The notes: a model not told the origin generated them from the sequence alone. Positions 42,455 to 52,657 are shown, counted from the stretch's first letter. The stretch: 64,000 nucleotides of DNA from Planctomycetota bacterium (GCA_965228735.1 OZ245838.1:3136001-3200000); one strand, 5' to 3'. A program made the numbers and translations.

Positions 42455-44857
42455 ATGTCAACGATCCAACCCTACGTGGCCGCCGCGCTTGCGACCGGCC
42501 TGTTCACTCTCACCGCAACCGCTCAGGACCCCGACCGGGCGTCCGCCCAGCGCGACCTCGCGCCGATCCCCGCCACTCGCTCACCCGAAACGCTGGCCGG
42601 CGCGAACGGACCGGCGGCCGGCGCCGCGCAGCTCGGCAGCCTGCGGGTCCCGATCCACGGCGCGGCCGCCGACGGCGGCACAAAGTACGGAGTCTGGGCC
42701 GCCGGCGAGCTCTACAAGGCGTCGTTCCACGATGGCATGACGTTCGTGCCATACCTCGGATCGGACTACCCGCACAACCAATCGCTGTCGTTCCGCACGA
42801 CGCGCGCGACGATCGGCAACGTCGACCTGCTCGGCGGCCAGACCGCGCCCGAGCATGCGCACACCGACTATCGCTACGAGTATCGCTACCCGGCGATCAC
42901 CGAGGCCTACGACGTGCTGAGCGAAGGGCTCGAGCAGACGTTCGTGCTGCCGCAGATCCCCGCGACCGGTGACCTCGTGATCACGGGCACCATCGCGACG
43001 GGCATGATCGCCGAGGACGTGAGCGCCGCGCAGCAGGCCATCGTCTTCGCCGACGCCCAGGGCCGCGAGCTCGTCGAGTACGGCCGCGCGCTCGCGTTCG
43101 ACAGCCTCGGCAACGCGGCACCGGTCACGACCGCGCTGCGCGGCGACCAGCTGACGCTGACCCTCGCCGCCGATTGGCTCGCCACCGCGACCGCACCGGT
43201 CGTCGTCGACCCGCTGCTCACCCGCTCGTTCATCGCCTCCGGCGTTTCCGGCCAAGTCGTGACGAGCATGGACATCGGCCGCGACGACGAGGAGACCACG
43301 GCCAACGTGCTGCTCGTCTACTCGCGCGCGGTCTCGGCCCAGGACGAGGACGCCTTCGGCCGACTGAGCAACGATGCGTTCGGCGCCGCGGCGCTCGTCT
43401 TCACGGACATCACCTCGAGCTGGAGCACGATGAACCCGACCTGCGCGTTCGTCGGCGGCGCCGACCGCTGGGTCGCCACGTTCGAACGCCAGTTCGCGAG
43501 CGGTCGCCGCATGATCCGCGCGCACGTCCGCGACAAGGGCGACACGTCGTTGCTGAGCACCTACCGCTCGTTCACGCCGCCGGCCGACGCCAACGACTGG
43601 CGGCCGGACGTCGGCGGCGTCGAGTCCTACACGACGGGCACGAACGCGCTCATCGTGTTCCAACGCGAGCACAACGGCGCGACGAACGGTGACTTCGCCC
43701 CGACCGACTACAGCGAGGTCCACGGCGTGCTGTTCGACCCGACGAACGAAACGTTCGGGACCAGCTTCGAGCTCGTGAACACGACCTACTCGGACAACGA
43801 ACGCCCGAACGTGACGCAGGTCGCCGCCGGCGGCCCGTCGTTCTCGTGGGTGTGCGCCTGGCAGACCTACAACAACTCGGTCTCGAGTGACGACTGGGAC
43901 GTCGTCGCGAAGCGGATCGGCCACGACGGCACGCTCTCGAACCTCATGGCGACCCCGCTCGCCGGCGCCAACACGCACCACCAGCTCGGGCCCGTGGTCG
44001 AGGGCAACGACGGCCGCTACATGCTCGCGTTCTCGTCGACCGCGACGAGCGGCGCCCCGGGCAAGATCGACGACATCGCCGGCGGCGAGATCCGCGTGAT
44101 GCGGTTCGACTGGGCCGACGGCGCGTCGTCCCACGGCTGGCGGGGTGACGTGAACGTCGTGCGCAGCAACGGCGTCCGGATCTGGGAAGCGACGGGCCTG
44201 GGCTTCGACACGGACGACGACTCGCACTTCGCGCTCGGCTACCGATCCGTGGCGCCGTCCGGCAGCGGCTCGGCATACTGCATGCGGTTCGGCTACAACG
44301 GCCGGCCGACCGAGGGGGGCAACGGCCAATGGCTGGCGCTGTTCCAGACCCAGACCGAGGAGTCGTCGCCCGTCGCCTGCGTGTTCGACAACGACCACGA
44401 CGACTTCCTGTTCGCCTACGGCGTCGACAACGGCGGCTCGCTGCCGGTCTACGGCCACACGATGGAGTACGTGACGCCGAACCCGGTGACGACGAGCGGC
44501 CTCGCGTGCAGCAACGCGACGCTGTCGTGGGACGGCAGTCAGCAGATCGGCGCGGAGTTCTGCGGCCCGCGGGTCCAGAACGCCCCGCCCGGCGCCGGCC
44601 ACTTCCTGATCGTCGGCCTCGGCGCGATCGACACGCCCGTGCTGCACCCGGCGGTGTTCCCCGGCTGCCGTCTGCTCGTGCCGGCGTCGGGCCCGCTCTA
44701 CCTCGGCACGATGCCGTTCGGCTTCGGCAGTGCGGTCGACTGGCAGATGTCACTGCCCGAGTTCCTCGGGCCGATGAACCTCTACTTCCAGGACTGGATC
44801 CTGGACGGCAACTTCTTCTACAGCACGCACCGACTGCGGGTGCCGATCGTGAGGTAG
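42455..44857 (+). CDS. large secreted protein with shared C-terminal domain
   Basis: Signal peptide ATA-Q; N-domain ending LEQTFVL...YGRALAFD...PVVVDP; beta-rich middle; C-terminal GLACS...QIG...PGCRLLV...LP...LYFQDW...STHRL. Confidence 0.8.
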   Translation: MSTIQPYVAAALATGLFTLTATAQDPDRASAQRDLAPIPATRSPETLAGANGPAAGAAQLGSLRVPIHGAAADGGTKYGVWAAGELYKASFHDGMTFVPYLGSDYPHNQSLSFRTTRATIGNVDLLGGQTAPEHAHTDYRYEYRYPAITEAYDVLSEGLEQTFVLPQIPATGDLVITGTIATGMIAEDVSAAQQAIVFADAQGRELVEYGRALAFDSLGNAAPVTTALRGDQLTLTLAADWLATATAPVVVDPLLTRSFIASGVSGQVVTSMDIGRDDEETTANVLLVYSRAVSAQDEDAFGRLSNDAFGAAALVFTDITSSWSTMNPTCAFVGGADRWVATFERQFASGRRMIRAHVRDKGDTSLLSTYRSFTPPADANDWRPDVGGVESYTTGTNALIVFQREHNGATNGDFAPTDYSEVHGVLFDPTNETFGTSFELVNTTYSDNERPNVTQVAAGGPSFSWVCAWQTYNNSVSSDDWDVVAKRIGHDGTLSNLMATPLAGANTHHQLGPVVEGNDGRYMLAFSSTATSGAPGKIDDIAGGEIRVMRFDWADGASSHGWRGDVNVVRSNGVRIWEATGLGFDTDDDSHFALGYRSVAPSGSGSAYCMRFGYNGRPTEGGNGQWLALFQTQTEESSPVACVFDNDHDDFLFAYGVDNGGSLPVYGHTMEYVTPNPVTTSGLACSNATLSWDGSQQIGAEFCGPRVQNAPPGAGHFLIVGLGAIDTPVLHPAVFPGCRLLVPASGPLYLGTMPFGFGSAVDWQMSLPEFLGPMNLYFQDWILDGNFFYSTHRLRVPIVR

Positions 44858-44878
44858 TCGGCGAAGCCAGCGCGCCTC

Positions 44879-44911
44879 GCCGCGAGTCGCGACCACGGTC
44901 GGACTCGCGGC
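44879..44911. terminator. GC-rich hairpin between convergent genes
   Basis: GCCGCGAGTC/GACTCGCGGC 10-bp stem with an inner CGACC/GGTCG stem. Confidence 0.4.
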
Positions 44912-44939
44912 CAGGGCGCTCGGTTCGCCGGGGCCGGCA

Positions 44940-46820
44940 CTACAGGAACGAGAAGCCGATCGAGATCTGACCGCCCGGCTGCGTCACCGGCGCCCCCGTC
45001 GGCCACATGATCAGGCCGCCCGGCAGGCCGTAGGTCGACGGCTGGTTGCCGATGACGAACTCGACGCCCTGCGAGACCTTGATCGGGTCGTTCGGGAACA
45101 CCGTCGGGTTGTACATCACCGACTGGGTGTAGATCGGCAGACCGATCAGCTGGTTGTTCGCGGGGATATCGAGCGTCGGCGTCGACACGAGCGTCATCGG
45201 CAGGATCGTCATCGGATCGACGAGGAACGTGTCCGTGCCGTAGGTGAAGTCGATGCTCTCGAGGCCGATGAGGAGGAAGCACTCGGGGGCATCGAACTCG
45301 AGCGCGAACAGGCTGAGCGCGCCGTCACCTTCCGAGGTGACCGCGAGCAACGCCGTGCCCGTCGGGCTGTCCGCCGCGTCGACGAACTGCAGGCCTTCGG
45401 GCGCCTCGGCGCCGATCCCGCTCGCCGTCGCGACGTCGATGACGTCGAGGAGCGCCGGCGCGGTCGGGTCCGACACATCGTAGATCATGATCGCGTTGGT
45501 GCGCTCGAGGCCGACGAACAGCATCGGGATCGAATCGACGACGCCGAACGTGATCGACTCCGGCTCCGGCCCCTTGTCGTCCGACCGGCCTTCCTCCCAC
45601 AGGCCGCGCGTCAGCATCTCGCGCTCCATCTCGCTGCCGGAGTCGAAGACCTTGACGCCGGTCGTCGTCCAGATCGTGAACGAACGCGCGCCGAACGAGT
45701 AGAGCTGGTCGACGTCACCGTCGCCGTCCGTGTCGCCGCGCGCGATGTCGAAGTCGCTCGCGACGCACTTGAGGCGGCCGAGCACGGCGTTGTCGTTGAG
45801 TTCCGCCGAGGTGTAGAGCGCGGTCTCGGGCGTCGGATCCTCGGTGTCCATCACGAAATCGGCTTCGAGGTCGTTGCCACGCGTCTCGTCCTCGAAGCCC
45901 GCGAAGTCATCGCGGCCGTCGCCCTCGTTGGCGGTCGCGAGGTACTCGACGCCGTTCACCGTGAACGAAGTGATCGCATCGGGCATGTAGAGCCCGAGGA
46001 GCGGCCAGTTCTGGAAGTTGCCCTCGACGCCGTCCTGGTCCGACGCGTCGAACTCGTTGCCGGGTTGGCTGTGGTCCTTCTCCCCGAGCGGGCGAATTGC
46101 AGTGACGGTCGCCCCCGCGATGTCGACCTCGGCCACGGCGTTGTTCTCCTGCAGGGTCACGAATGCGGTCGTGCCCGCGGCATTGATCGTCAGGTATTCG
46201 GGCTCGACGTCCTGCGCGAGCGTGATGCCATTGACGTCCGTCAGGCGCACGCCGGCGGCCTGCAGCGCGGCCTTCTGCGCGTTGAACGGCGCGAAGCTGG
46301 CGGTCGCCGCGGTGCGGGTCGCAACGTCCACGATGCTCACCGAACCCTCGGGGTTGACGAGGCCGGTCGGCTCGTCGGCCTCACCTTCGTTGCACGTCAG
46401 CACCTTGGTGCCGTCCGGCGTGAACGCGAGCATGTCGGGCAGCGCGCCGACCGTCACCGAGGCGCCGTTCGCCGCCAGGGTGGCGGCATCGAAGAACTGC
46501 ACCTGGCCCGGATCCTGCTTGACCGCCGCCTCGACCGCCACGGCGACGAGACCGCCGTGGATCGCCACGCTGTTCGGCGCGCCCGCGAGCGGGATCGAGT
46601 TGACGTAGCTCAGGATGCCGCTCGCGTTCGCGAAGAACACATCGAGAGCGTCGCTGTCCGGGTTGGTGACGAAGTAGCGGCCGCTGGCCGCGTCGTAGGC
46701 GACGATCTCGCCTTCCTGATTGCTCGACTGGATCGTCGAGAGGTGCGTGAACGAGAACTGCGCGGTGAGCGGAGCGCAGACCGAGAGGGCGATCGCGATC
46801 GCCGAGAACTTGCTAGCCAT
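44940..46820 (-). CDS. choice-of-anchor I family protein (alkaline-phosphatase-associated beta-propeller)
   Basis: VGALPDMLAFTPDG, NEGE, NPEGSVSI, EPEY, VTLQENNA, YMPDAI, TANEGD, SFGARSFTIW and RSDDKGPEPE. Confidence 0.9.
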   Translation of the reverse strand: MASKFSAIAIALSVCAPLTAQFSFTHLSTIQSSNQEGEIVAYDAASGRYFVTNPDSDALDVFFANASGILSYVNSIPLAGAPNSVAIHGGLVAVAVEAAVKQDPGQVQFFDAATLAANGASVTVGALPDMLAFTPDGTKVLTCNEGEADEPTGLVNPEGSVSIVDVATRTAATASFAPFNAQKAALQAAGVRLTDVNGITLAQDVEPEYLTINAAGTTAFVTLQENNAVAEVDIAGATVTAIRPLGEKDHSQPGNEFDASDQDGVEGNFQNWPLLGLYMPDAITSFTVNGVEYLATANEGDGRDDFAGFEDETRGNDLEADFVMDTEDPTPETALYTSAELNDNAVLGRLKCVASDFDIARGDTDGDGDVDQLYSFGARSFTIWTTTGVKVFDSGSEMEREMLTRGLWEEGRSDDKGPEPESITFGVVDSIPMLFVGLERTNAIMIYDVSDPTAPALLDVIDVATASGIGAEAPEGLQFVDAADSPTGTALLAVTSEGDGALSLFALEFDAPECFLLIGLESIDFTYGTDTFLVDPMTILPMTLVSTPTLDIPANNQLIGLPIYTQSVMYNPTVFPNDPIKVSQGVEFVIGNQPSTYGLPGGLIMWPTGAPVTQPGGQISIGFSFL

Positions 46821-47166
46821 GAGGTCCGTTGGTGTGAAGTCAGCGGGTTGGAAACCGCTGGCGACACCGCCCGGTCGAGACGAGGTCGCAGCGGAGCGGC
46901 CACGAGACTCGCCAACGCCGTGAACCCACGGCCATCCGGACGTGAAAGAACGGTCAGGACGCAAGGCCGCCCGGCCCGCCCGATGCGAACGGATCAGAAA
47001 CGTCGGAATCCGCGTTAGCGGCCGCGGACCGGGGCACCCACCGGTCCGGACGATCGTGAGAGTCCGGACCAGAGATCCGTGCCCGCGCGCCCGTCCCGGC
47101 GCCCGCCCCGGACTGGCCGAAGCGATCACGCGCCGTCCTTATCTCCTCCCACGACGAGGATTAGCC

Positions 47167-50100
47167 ATGACCAGCTCGCCCGGCATTCCGCGCGTAGCCT
47201 CTCGACCTTCTGCCAACCCTCACCCGAGTACGCGCCAGCCGGCCGTCGGTTCGCCGCGGAGCCCCGTCAGTCGGCTTGCACCGACTCTCGTGACTGCCGC
47301 GCTCGCGGTCGCACCGCTCGCCGCGCAGCGCACGCCGCTGACGGATCACTTCGTGAACTTCGAGAGCGCCCACGTGCACCCGCTCGAGATGACGCCGAAC
47401 GGGCAGACGCTGCTCGCGGTCAACTCGGCGGACGCCCGGCTCGAGGTCTTCGACCTGTCGACCGGTACGCCCGTGCCCACCGGCTCGATCCAGGTCGGGC
47501 TCGACCCCGTGACCGTGCGCGCCGTCGACGACGACACGGCCTGGGTCTGCAACCACATCTCCGACTCGATCTCGATCGTCGACCTGTCGAGCCTGACGGT
47601 GCAGATGACGATTCCGACCGGCGACGAGCCGTCCGACGTGGTGTTCACGCCGGCGATGACGGTGGAGGAAGAGGAACTGCCGCCGCGCGCCTGGGTCACG
47701 CTGTCGCAGCCGGACACGGTCGAGGTCTACGACCTCAACAATCTGACGCAGCCGCCGACGCGAATCGCGCTCCTCGGCCAGGATCCGCGCTCGATGGTGC
47801 TCGCCCCCGACGGCCTCATCTACGTCGGCATCTTCACGTCCGCGAACGACACGACCGTGCTCAACGGCTCGGACACCCGCTGGGCGAAGGACGCCATCAC
47901 GGGCAACGCCGCCAACCTGCCCAACCCGCCGCCGAATACCGCCTCGGGTTTCGTGCCCGGCAAGGCCAGCGGCAATCCGGCCGAGCCCAAGGTGAGCCAC
48001 ATCGTCCGCAAGAACTTCAGCAACCAGTGGCGCGACGACGCGAACAACGACTGGACCACGGAGATCACGGGCGGCGCGCACGGCCGCGCCCAGGATTGGG
48101 ACATGTACGATCACGACATCGCGGTGATCGACCCCGCGACGACGACCGTCGTCGGCTACGTCAAGCGCGCCATGAACGTCGTCGCGAACGTCGCCGTGCG
48201 GTACTACAACAACCAGGACGACTTCGTCATCTCCGCCGTCGGCATGGAGTCGACGAACGAGATCCGCTTCGAGCCCAACCTCAACGGCAAGTTCGTCCGC
48301 GCCCACCTCGCCGGCGCGTTCCCCTGGACCGGCGGCACCGGCAGCCCGCCGACCACCACGGCCCTCGGGCCGTTCGAGCTCAACGGTCATCTCGCGAACG
48401 GCGGTTCGATCCCGAGTGGCCAACCCTACGGCGTCTACGCGTCGGGCAACCTGCCCCAGAACGTCCGCGACACCGCGATCGGCGACCCGCGCTACCACAT
48501 CTGGGACGCGACCGGCGATGTCGGGTTCGTCTCCGGCATGGGGTCGAACAACGTCATCATCATCGACCCGGCCGGCAACCGGCTCACCGGGACGCAGCCG
48601 ATCGAGGTCGGCGAAGGCCCGACCGGGCTCGTGCTCGACGGGCCGCGCGGCGTGCTCTACGTCCTCAACCGCTTCTCCAACTCGCTCACGGTCGCCAACC
48701 TGACCGGCGCGCTCACGGAGATCCCGTTCCACGACCCGACGCCGCTCGCCGCGAAGGGCGGCCGCAAGCATCTGTTCGACACCCACAAGTCGTCGGGCCT
48801 CGGCCAGGCCGCGTGCGCGTCGTGTCACATCGACGGCGATCTCGACGGCCTCGGCTGGGATCTCGGCGATCCATCGGGCCAGGTGCGGGCCGTGCACGGC
48901 CTCAACATCGACCGCGTGGGGCAGAAGGTCGCGAGCGCCGCCGGGCCGCCGAACGAGGACACGACGCAGCGCTTCCATCCGATGAAGGGCCCGATGGTGA
49001 CGCAGTCGCTGCGCGACATCATCGGCAAGGAGCCGTTCCACTGGCGCGGCGACAAGAAGGGCCTCGAGGAGTTCAACGGCGCGTTCACGCACCTGCAGAA
49101 CGACGACGTCACGCTCTCGGCCGCGGAGATGGGTCAGTTCGAGGACTACCTCGAGACGCTCTGGTACCCGCCGAACCCGCTGCGTAACCACAAGAACGAG
49201 TTCGAGGCGTCGACCGTGCTCGACGGCTCACACCCGGCGCTGCCGGGGATCGTCTTCCGCGATCACAACAACCTCGACGTCAATGGTGACCCGTCGGTCC
49301 TGCCGCCGGGCAACGGCACGCTCGGGGCCGGCATCGGCGCCACGGGCGCGTCGTACGCCGCCCTCTGCGTGAACTGCCACACCGCGACGACCGGCACCGG
49401 CCCCGACATGGTGTTCACGGGCAGCTGGCAACAGCTCATGGCCGGCACGTATGGCGAGGCGCACACCGCGCTCATCACGACCGACGGCACCTCGCAGGTG
49501 CCGATGAAGATCCCCGGCCTGCGCAACATGCACGAGCGAACGGGCTTCGACATGACCGCGGCGCGCAGCAAGGCCGGCTTCGGCTTCCTGCACGACGGGC
49601 ACATCGACACGATCTCGCGCTTCCTCAAGCCGTTCACGTTCCCGGCCAACTCGACGACTCCGCTCACGCTCCAGGAGACCGCGAACATCACGGCGTTCCT
49701 GCTGCAGTTCGCTTCGAACAGGACGTACGGGCAGCCGACGAACATCGAGGCGTTCGCGCCCGGACCGCCCGCGCAGAACGCGCACCCGGCCGTCGGCATG
49801 CAGCTGACGGTGGCGAGCTATCCGATGACCACGCCCGATGCCGCACGCTACCAGGACCTGCTCGACGCCCTCTCGTTCGATGCGACCAACGTGGCGAACG
49901 GCTACGACGTGCGCCAGATCGGCCTCATCGTGAAGCAGAACCAGCCAGGCGGCGGCCAACAGGGCTTCCTCTACGTCGGGCCCGACTACCTCGACGACAA
50001 CAACAACGTCGTGACGGTGAACACGCTGCTCAACTCGATCGGCGCGGGCACCGAAGCGACGTTCACGATCGTACCAGCCAAGAGCGAGCGCCGTCTCGCG

Positions 50101-50937
50101 ATCGACCGTGACGCGGACGGCTGGCTCGACGGTGAGGAGACGGCCACGTTCTCGACGAACGCCGCCAGCGCGCGGAGCATTCCGATCGGTGCAGGCACGC
50201 CCTGCACGGGTATCGCGCTGCCGCCCGCGATGACCGGCGTCACCTCGACGGCGGTCGGCATCTACGGCAACGGCATCAGCTGGACGATCCCCGCCGGCAG
50301 CAACCACACGGGCGTCGCCATCGAGCGCATGCTCGCCAACAGCCCGCAGTGGGAAACGGTCGCCGAGATCCCGAGCGCGACCGCGACGACCTACACCGAC
50401 GGCACCGTGACGCTGACCACGCAGTACTTCTACCGCGTCCGCAGCTACAACTGCGCCGGTGAAGCGGTCTCGACGACGGCCACGCACACGACCTACGTCG
50501 TGCCGTCGAACGTCACGCCGGTGCACCTGCACTCGATCGAGCTCAACTGGGCGACCGAGACCATCAACGGCCAGCTGCACTGGTTTGCGTACGGCACGTT
50601 CCACGTCGTGGACGACGAAGACCGCGCGATGAAGGGCGTCCGCGTCACCGCGCAGATCACGGGTCAGTCCGGCGTGAAGACGGGCGCGACGTGGGGTCTC
50701 GATCCGGTGATCGTCGCGGGTGCGGCGTTCTCGACGCAGACGAACGGCGAGGGCCAGGCCTTCTTCCGCTCGACCTCGATGCTGATCCCGGCGCCGGTTC
50801 CGCCGGCGACCACCGTGTCGGCGAGCTGGACGTTCCAGGTCTCCAACATCGACACGGCCCCGGGCGGCCCGATAGTGACCTACCAGTCGGGCGCCAACAA
50901 GGTCGCGACCAGCGCGTCGGTCACCGCGACGCAGTAG
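47167..50937 (+). CDS. secreted YncE-like beta-propeller + di-heme cytochrome c (peroxidase-like) + Fn3 protein
   Basis: YVTN-type repeats (VGLDP, TGDEP, VGEGP), CASCH (48814) and CVNCH (49366), KIPGLRN...FLHDG, DRDADGWLDGEE, and Fn3 YFYRVRSYN; start uncertain. Confidence 0.82.
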   Translation: MTSSPGIPRVASRPSANPHPSTRQPAVGSPRSPVSRLAPTLVTAALAVAPLAAQRTPLTDHFVNFESAHVHPLEMTPNGQTLLAVNSADARLEVFDLSTGTPVPTGSIQVGLDPVTVRAVDDDTAWVCNHISDSISIVDLSSLTVQMTIPTGDEPSDVVFTPAMTVEEEELPPRAWVTLSQPDTVEVYDLNNLTQPPTRIALLGQDPRSMVLAPDGLIYVGIFTSANDTTVLNGSDTRWAKDAITGNAANLPNPPPNTASGFVPGKASGNPAEPKVSHIVRKNFSNQWRDDANNDWTTEITGGAHGRAQDWDMYDHDIAVIDPATTTVVGYVKRAMNVVANVAVRYYNNQDDFVISAVGMESTNEIRFEPNLNGKFVRAHLAGAFPWTGGTGSPPTTTALGPFELNGHLANGGSIPSGQPYGVYASGNLPQNVRDTAIGDPRYHIWDATGDVGFVSGMGSNNVIIIDPAGNRLTGTQPIEVGEGPTGLVLDGPRGVLYVLNRFSNSLTVANLTGALTEIPFHDPTPLAAKGGRKHLFDTHKSSGLGQAACASCHIDGDLDGLGWDLGDPSGQVRAVHGLNIDRVGQKVASAAGPPNEDTTQRFHPMKGPMVTQSLRDIIGKEPFHWRGDKKGLEEFNGAFTHLQNDDVTLSAAEMGQFEDYLETLWYPPNPLRNHKNEFEASTVLDGSHPALPGIVFRDHNNLDVNGDPSVLPPGNGTLGAGIGATGASYAALCVNCHTATTGTGPDMVFTGSWQQLMAGTYGEAHTALITTDGTSQVPMKIPGLRNMHERTGFDMTAARSKAGFGFLHDGHIDTISRFLKPFTFPANSTTPLTLQETANITAFLLQFASNRTYGQPTNIEAFAPGPPAQNAHPAVGMQLTVASYPMTTPDAARYQDLLDALSFDATNVANGYDVRQIGLIVKQNQPGGGQQGFLYVGPDYLDDNNNVVTVNTLLNSIGAGTEATFTIVPAKSERRLAIDRDADGWLDGEETATFSTNAASARSIPIGAGTPCTGIALPPAMTGVTSTAVGIYGNGISWTIPAGSNHTGVAIERMLANSPQWETVAEIPSATATTYTDGTVTLTTQYFYRVRSYNCAGEAVSTTATHTTYVVPSNVTPVHLHSIELNWATETINGQLHWFAYGTFHVVDDEDRAMKGVRVTAQITGQSGVKTGATWGLDPVIVAGAAFSTQTNGEGQAFFRSTSMLIPAPVPPATTVSASWTFQVSNIDTAPGGPIVTYQSGANKVATSASVTATQ

Positions 50938-50967
50938 CGACGGCGCCGCATCGGGTCCGCTTCGGCA

Positions 50968-51618
50968 TCAGAAGTTGATGCCGAAGCGGATCCCGACGCC
51001 GCCGTAGACCCCGGACTCGGGCGAGTCCGAGACGTACGACCCGAGGATCGCCGTGGGGCCGAACGAGAATCGGTCCCCGACCTCGAACATGTAGCCCGTC
51101 GCGCCGTAGGCCGTGAACGACGCGCTGTCGCCGGTCTCGACCGTGCCGCCATCGCGGTATTCCCAGTCGCTGAGCGGGAACACGCCCGCGCCGGCGCCGA
51201 CATAGAAGCCCTCGAGGACCTTCTTCGGGTAGAAGCGCACCTCGGCGCCGAAGCCGGTGCCGTCACCGTCCTCCTCGGCGTCATCCGTGAAGTCGCCCTC
51301 GCCCTCCCACGAGTAGCTGTAGCTCAGGATGCGCGGCACGATCGCGATCCGCTCGCCGACCGGGATCTCGCCCTCGACGGCGAACAGCGAACCGAACGAA
51401 CCGGCGCCCGCCCCGACTTCGATGCCCGCGGAGACGCGAGCGCGCGGCCCGGCGTCGTTCGGCGAGGTCGACGGTGCCGGAGCCTGCGCGAGCGGCGCCC
51501 GGATGGCGGGCGCTCGCGCTTCCCCGAAGACGGAGTCGGCTGGGAACGCTGCCGGCGCGGGGGCGGGGGAGTGGCAGGCGGCGATGGCGGCGAAGGGAAC
51601 GATCCAGAGCAGTTTCAT
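50968..51618 (-). CDS. small outer-membrane beta-barrel protein with lipobox-like N-terminus
   Basis: IAAC lipobox; alternating beta strands (GFGAEVRFY, GFYVGAGAG, ATGYMF); C-terminal Phe (IRFGINF). Confidence 0.7.
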   Translation of the reverse strand: MKLLWIVPFAAIAACHSPAPAPAAFPADSVFGEARAPAIRAPLAQAPAPSTSPNDAGPRARVSAGIEVGAGAGSFGSLFAVEGEIPVGERIAIVPRILSYSYSWEGEGDFTDDAEEDGDGTGFGAEVRFYPKKVLEGFYVGAGAGVFPLSDWEYRDGGTVETGDSASFTAYGATGYMFEVGDRFSFGPTAILGSYVSDSPESGVYGGVGIRFGINF

Positions 51619-51898
51619 CAGGTGACCTCGGGAGCCAGCCAGGCTGGCGAGCGGGAGCCGGCGGCGACGTGCCGGCGGCAGCGGCCGGGGCCGCCGACCC
51701 GAGGAGGTGAGGTCGCGCGCAGAAGTGACACGGCGGCCACGGTTTCGGCTCCGGTCCGACGGCGCCGCCGGATCTCGGGGAAATCCCGGTCACCAATCGC
51801 CGGCTCCTCACCTCCTCCCCGCAGCCGGCGCTCGTTCCTGGCGCGCCCGTTCGGGCGGCCCGAGGTGTCGGCCAACCTCCCCACCTGGAGACCCGACG

Positions 51899-52657
51899 AT
51901 GAAGTCCTCGCTCACCCTTCTCACCCTCTCTTTCTCGCTCACCATGGTCGCCTGCAGCAAAGGCGGCGGCGGCCCTTCGGCGCCAGCCAACGTGAGCGCG
52001 CTCGCCGGCACCTGGGCCGGTCAATACGTGGAGCTCGACGCCCCGCCCATCGGCTCGGGCGGCGGTGCGCGCGTCGAGCTCGTCGTCAACGACGCCGGCA
52101 ACGTGACCACGATTCGCGTGAACGGCCAGCCCAACGGCAGCGGTCGCATCACGGCGACGCCCGGCACACCCGGCATCTTCGGCTACGTGTTCAGCCTCGG
52201 AGGCGAAGGCGGCTTCTACGTCGACCCGACGGGTCGGTACGCGGCGGCCGTCGACGAGGACGGCACGATCGCGATCCTGCAACGGGATGCGGTCGGTCTG
52301 CCGGACTACGACTACGACGACATCGCCGGGTCGTGGAGCGGCGAATCGGTTTGGGTCGATCAGGGCCTCGGCTACGAGGATCGCGTGCCATCGCAGGTCT
52401 CGGTGGACGCCAACGGCCAGTTCAACGGCACCGAGAACGGCGAGGCGTTCGCCGCGCTGGACGAGCTCGACTTCTACTCCAACACCAGCGACCCGTCCCT
52501 CGCGTTCTGGTTCGCGGAGTTCTCGAGTCTGCGGACGCCGGTCGGCGTCGGGCGATTCATCCTGAGCCCCGACAAGCAGTTCCTCGCGGGCTTCGCGGGC
52601 GCGAACGGCGGTCTGTTCCCGGCCGACTTCTCCTTCCCCGTCTGGCAGCGCCAGTAG
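51899..52657 (+). CDS. hypothetical lipoprotein
   Basis: MKSS...MVAC lipobox; two LAGTW/IAGSW beta-rich repeats; GGAG upstream. Confidence 0.75.
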   Translation: MKSSLTLLTLSFSLTMVACSKGGGGPSAPANVSALAGTWAGQYVELDAPPIGSGGGARVELVVNDAGNVTTIRVNGQPNGSGRITATPGTPGIFGYVFSLGGEGGFYVDPTGRYAAAVDEDGTIAILQRDAVGLPDYDYDDIAGSWSGESVWVDQGLGYEDRVPSQVSVDANGQFNGTENGEAFAALDELDFYSNTSDPSLAFWFAEFSSLRTPVGVGRFILSPDKQFLAGFAGANGGLFPADFSFPVWQRQ

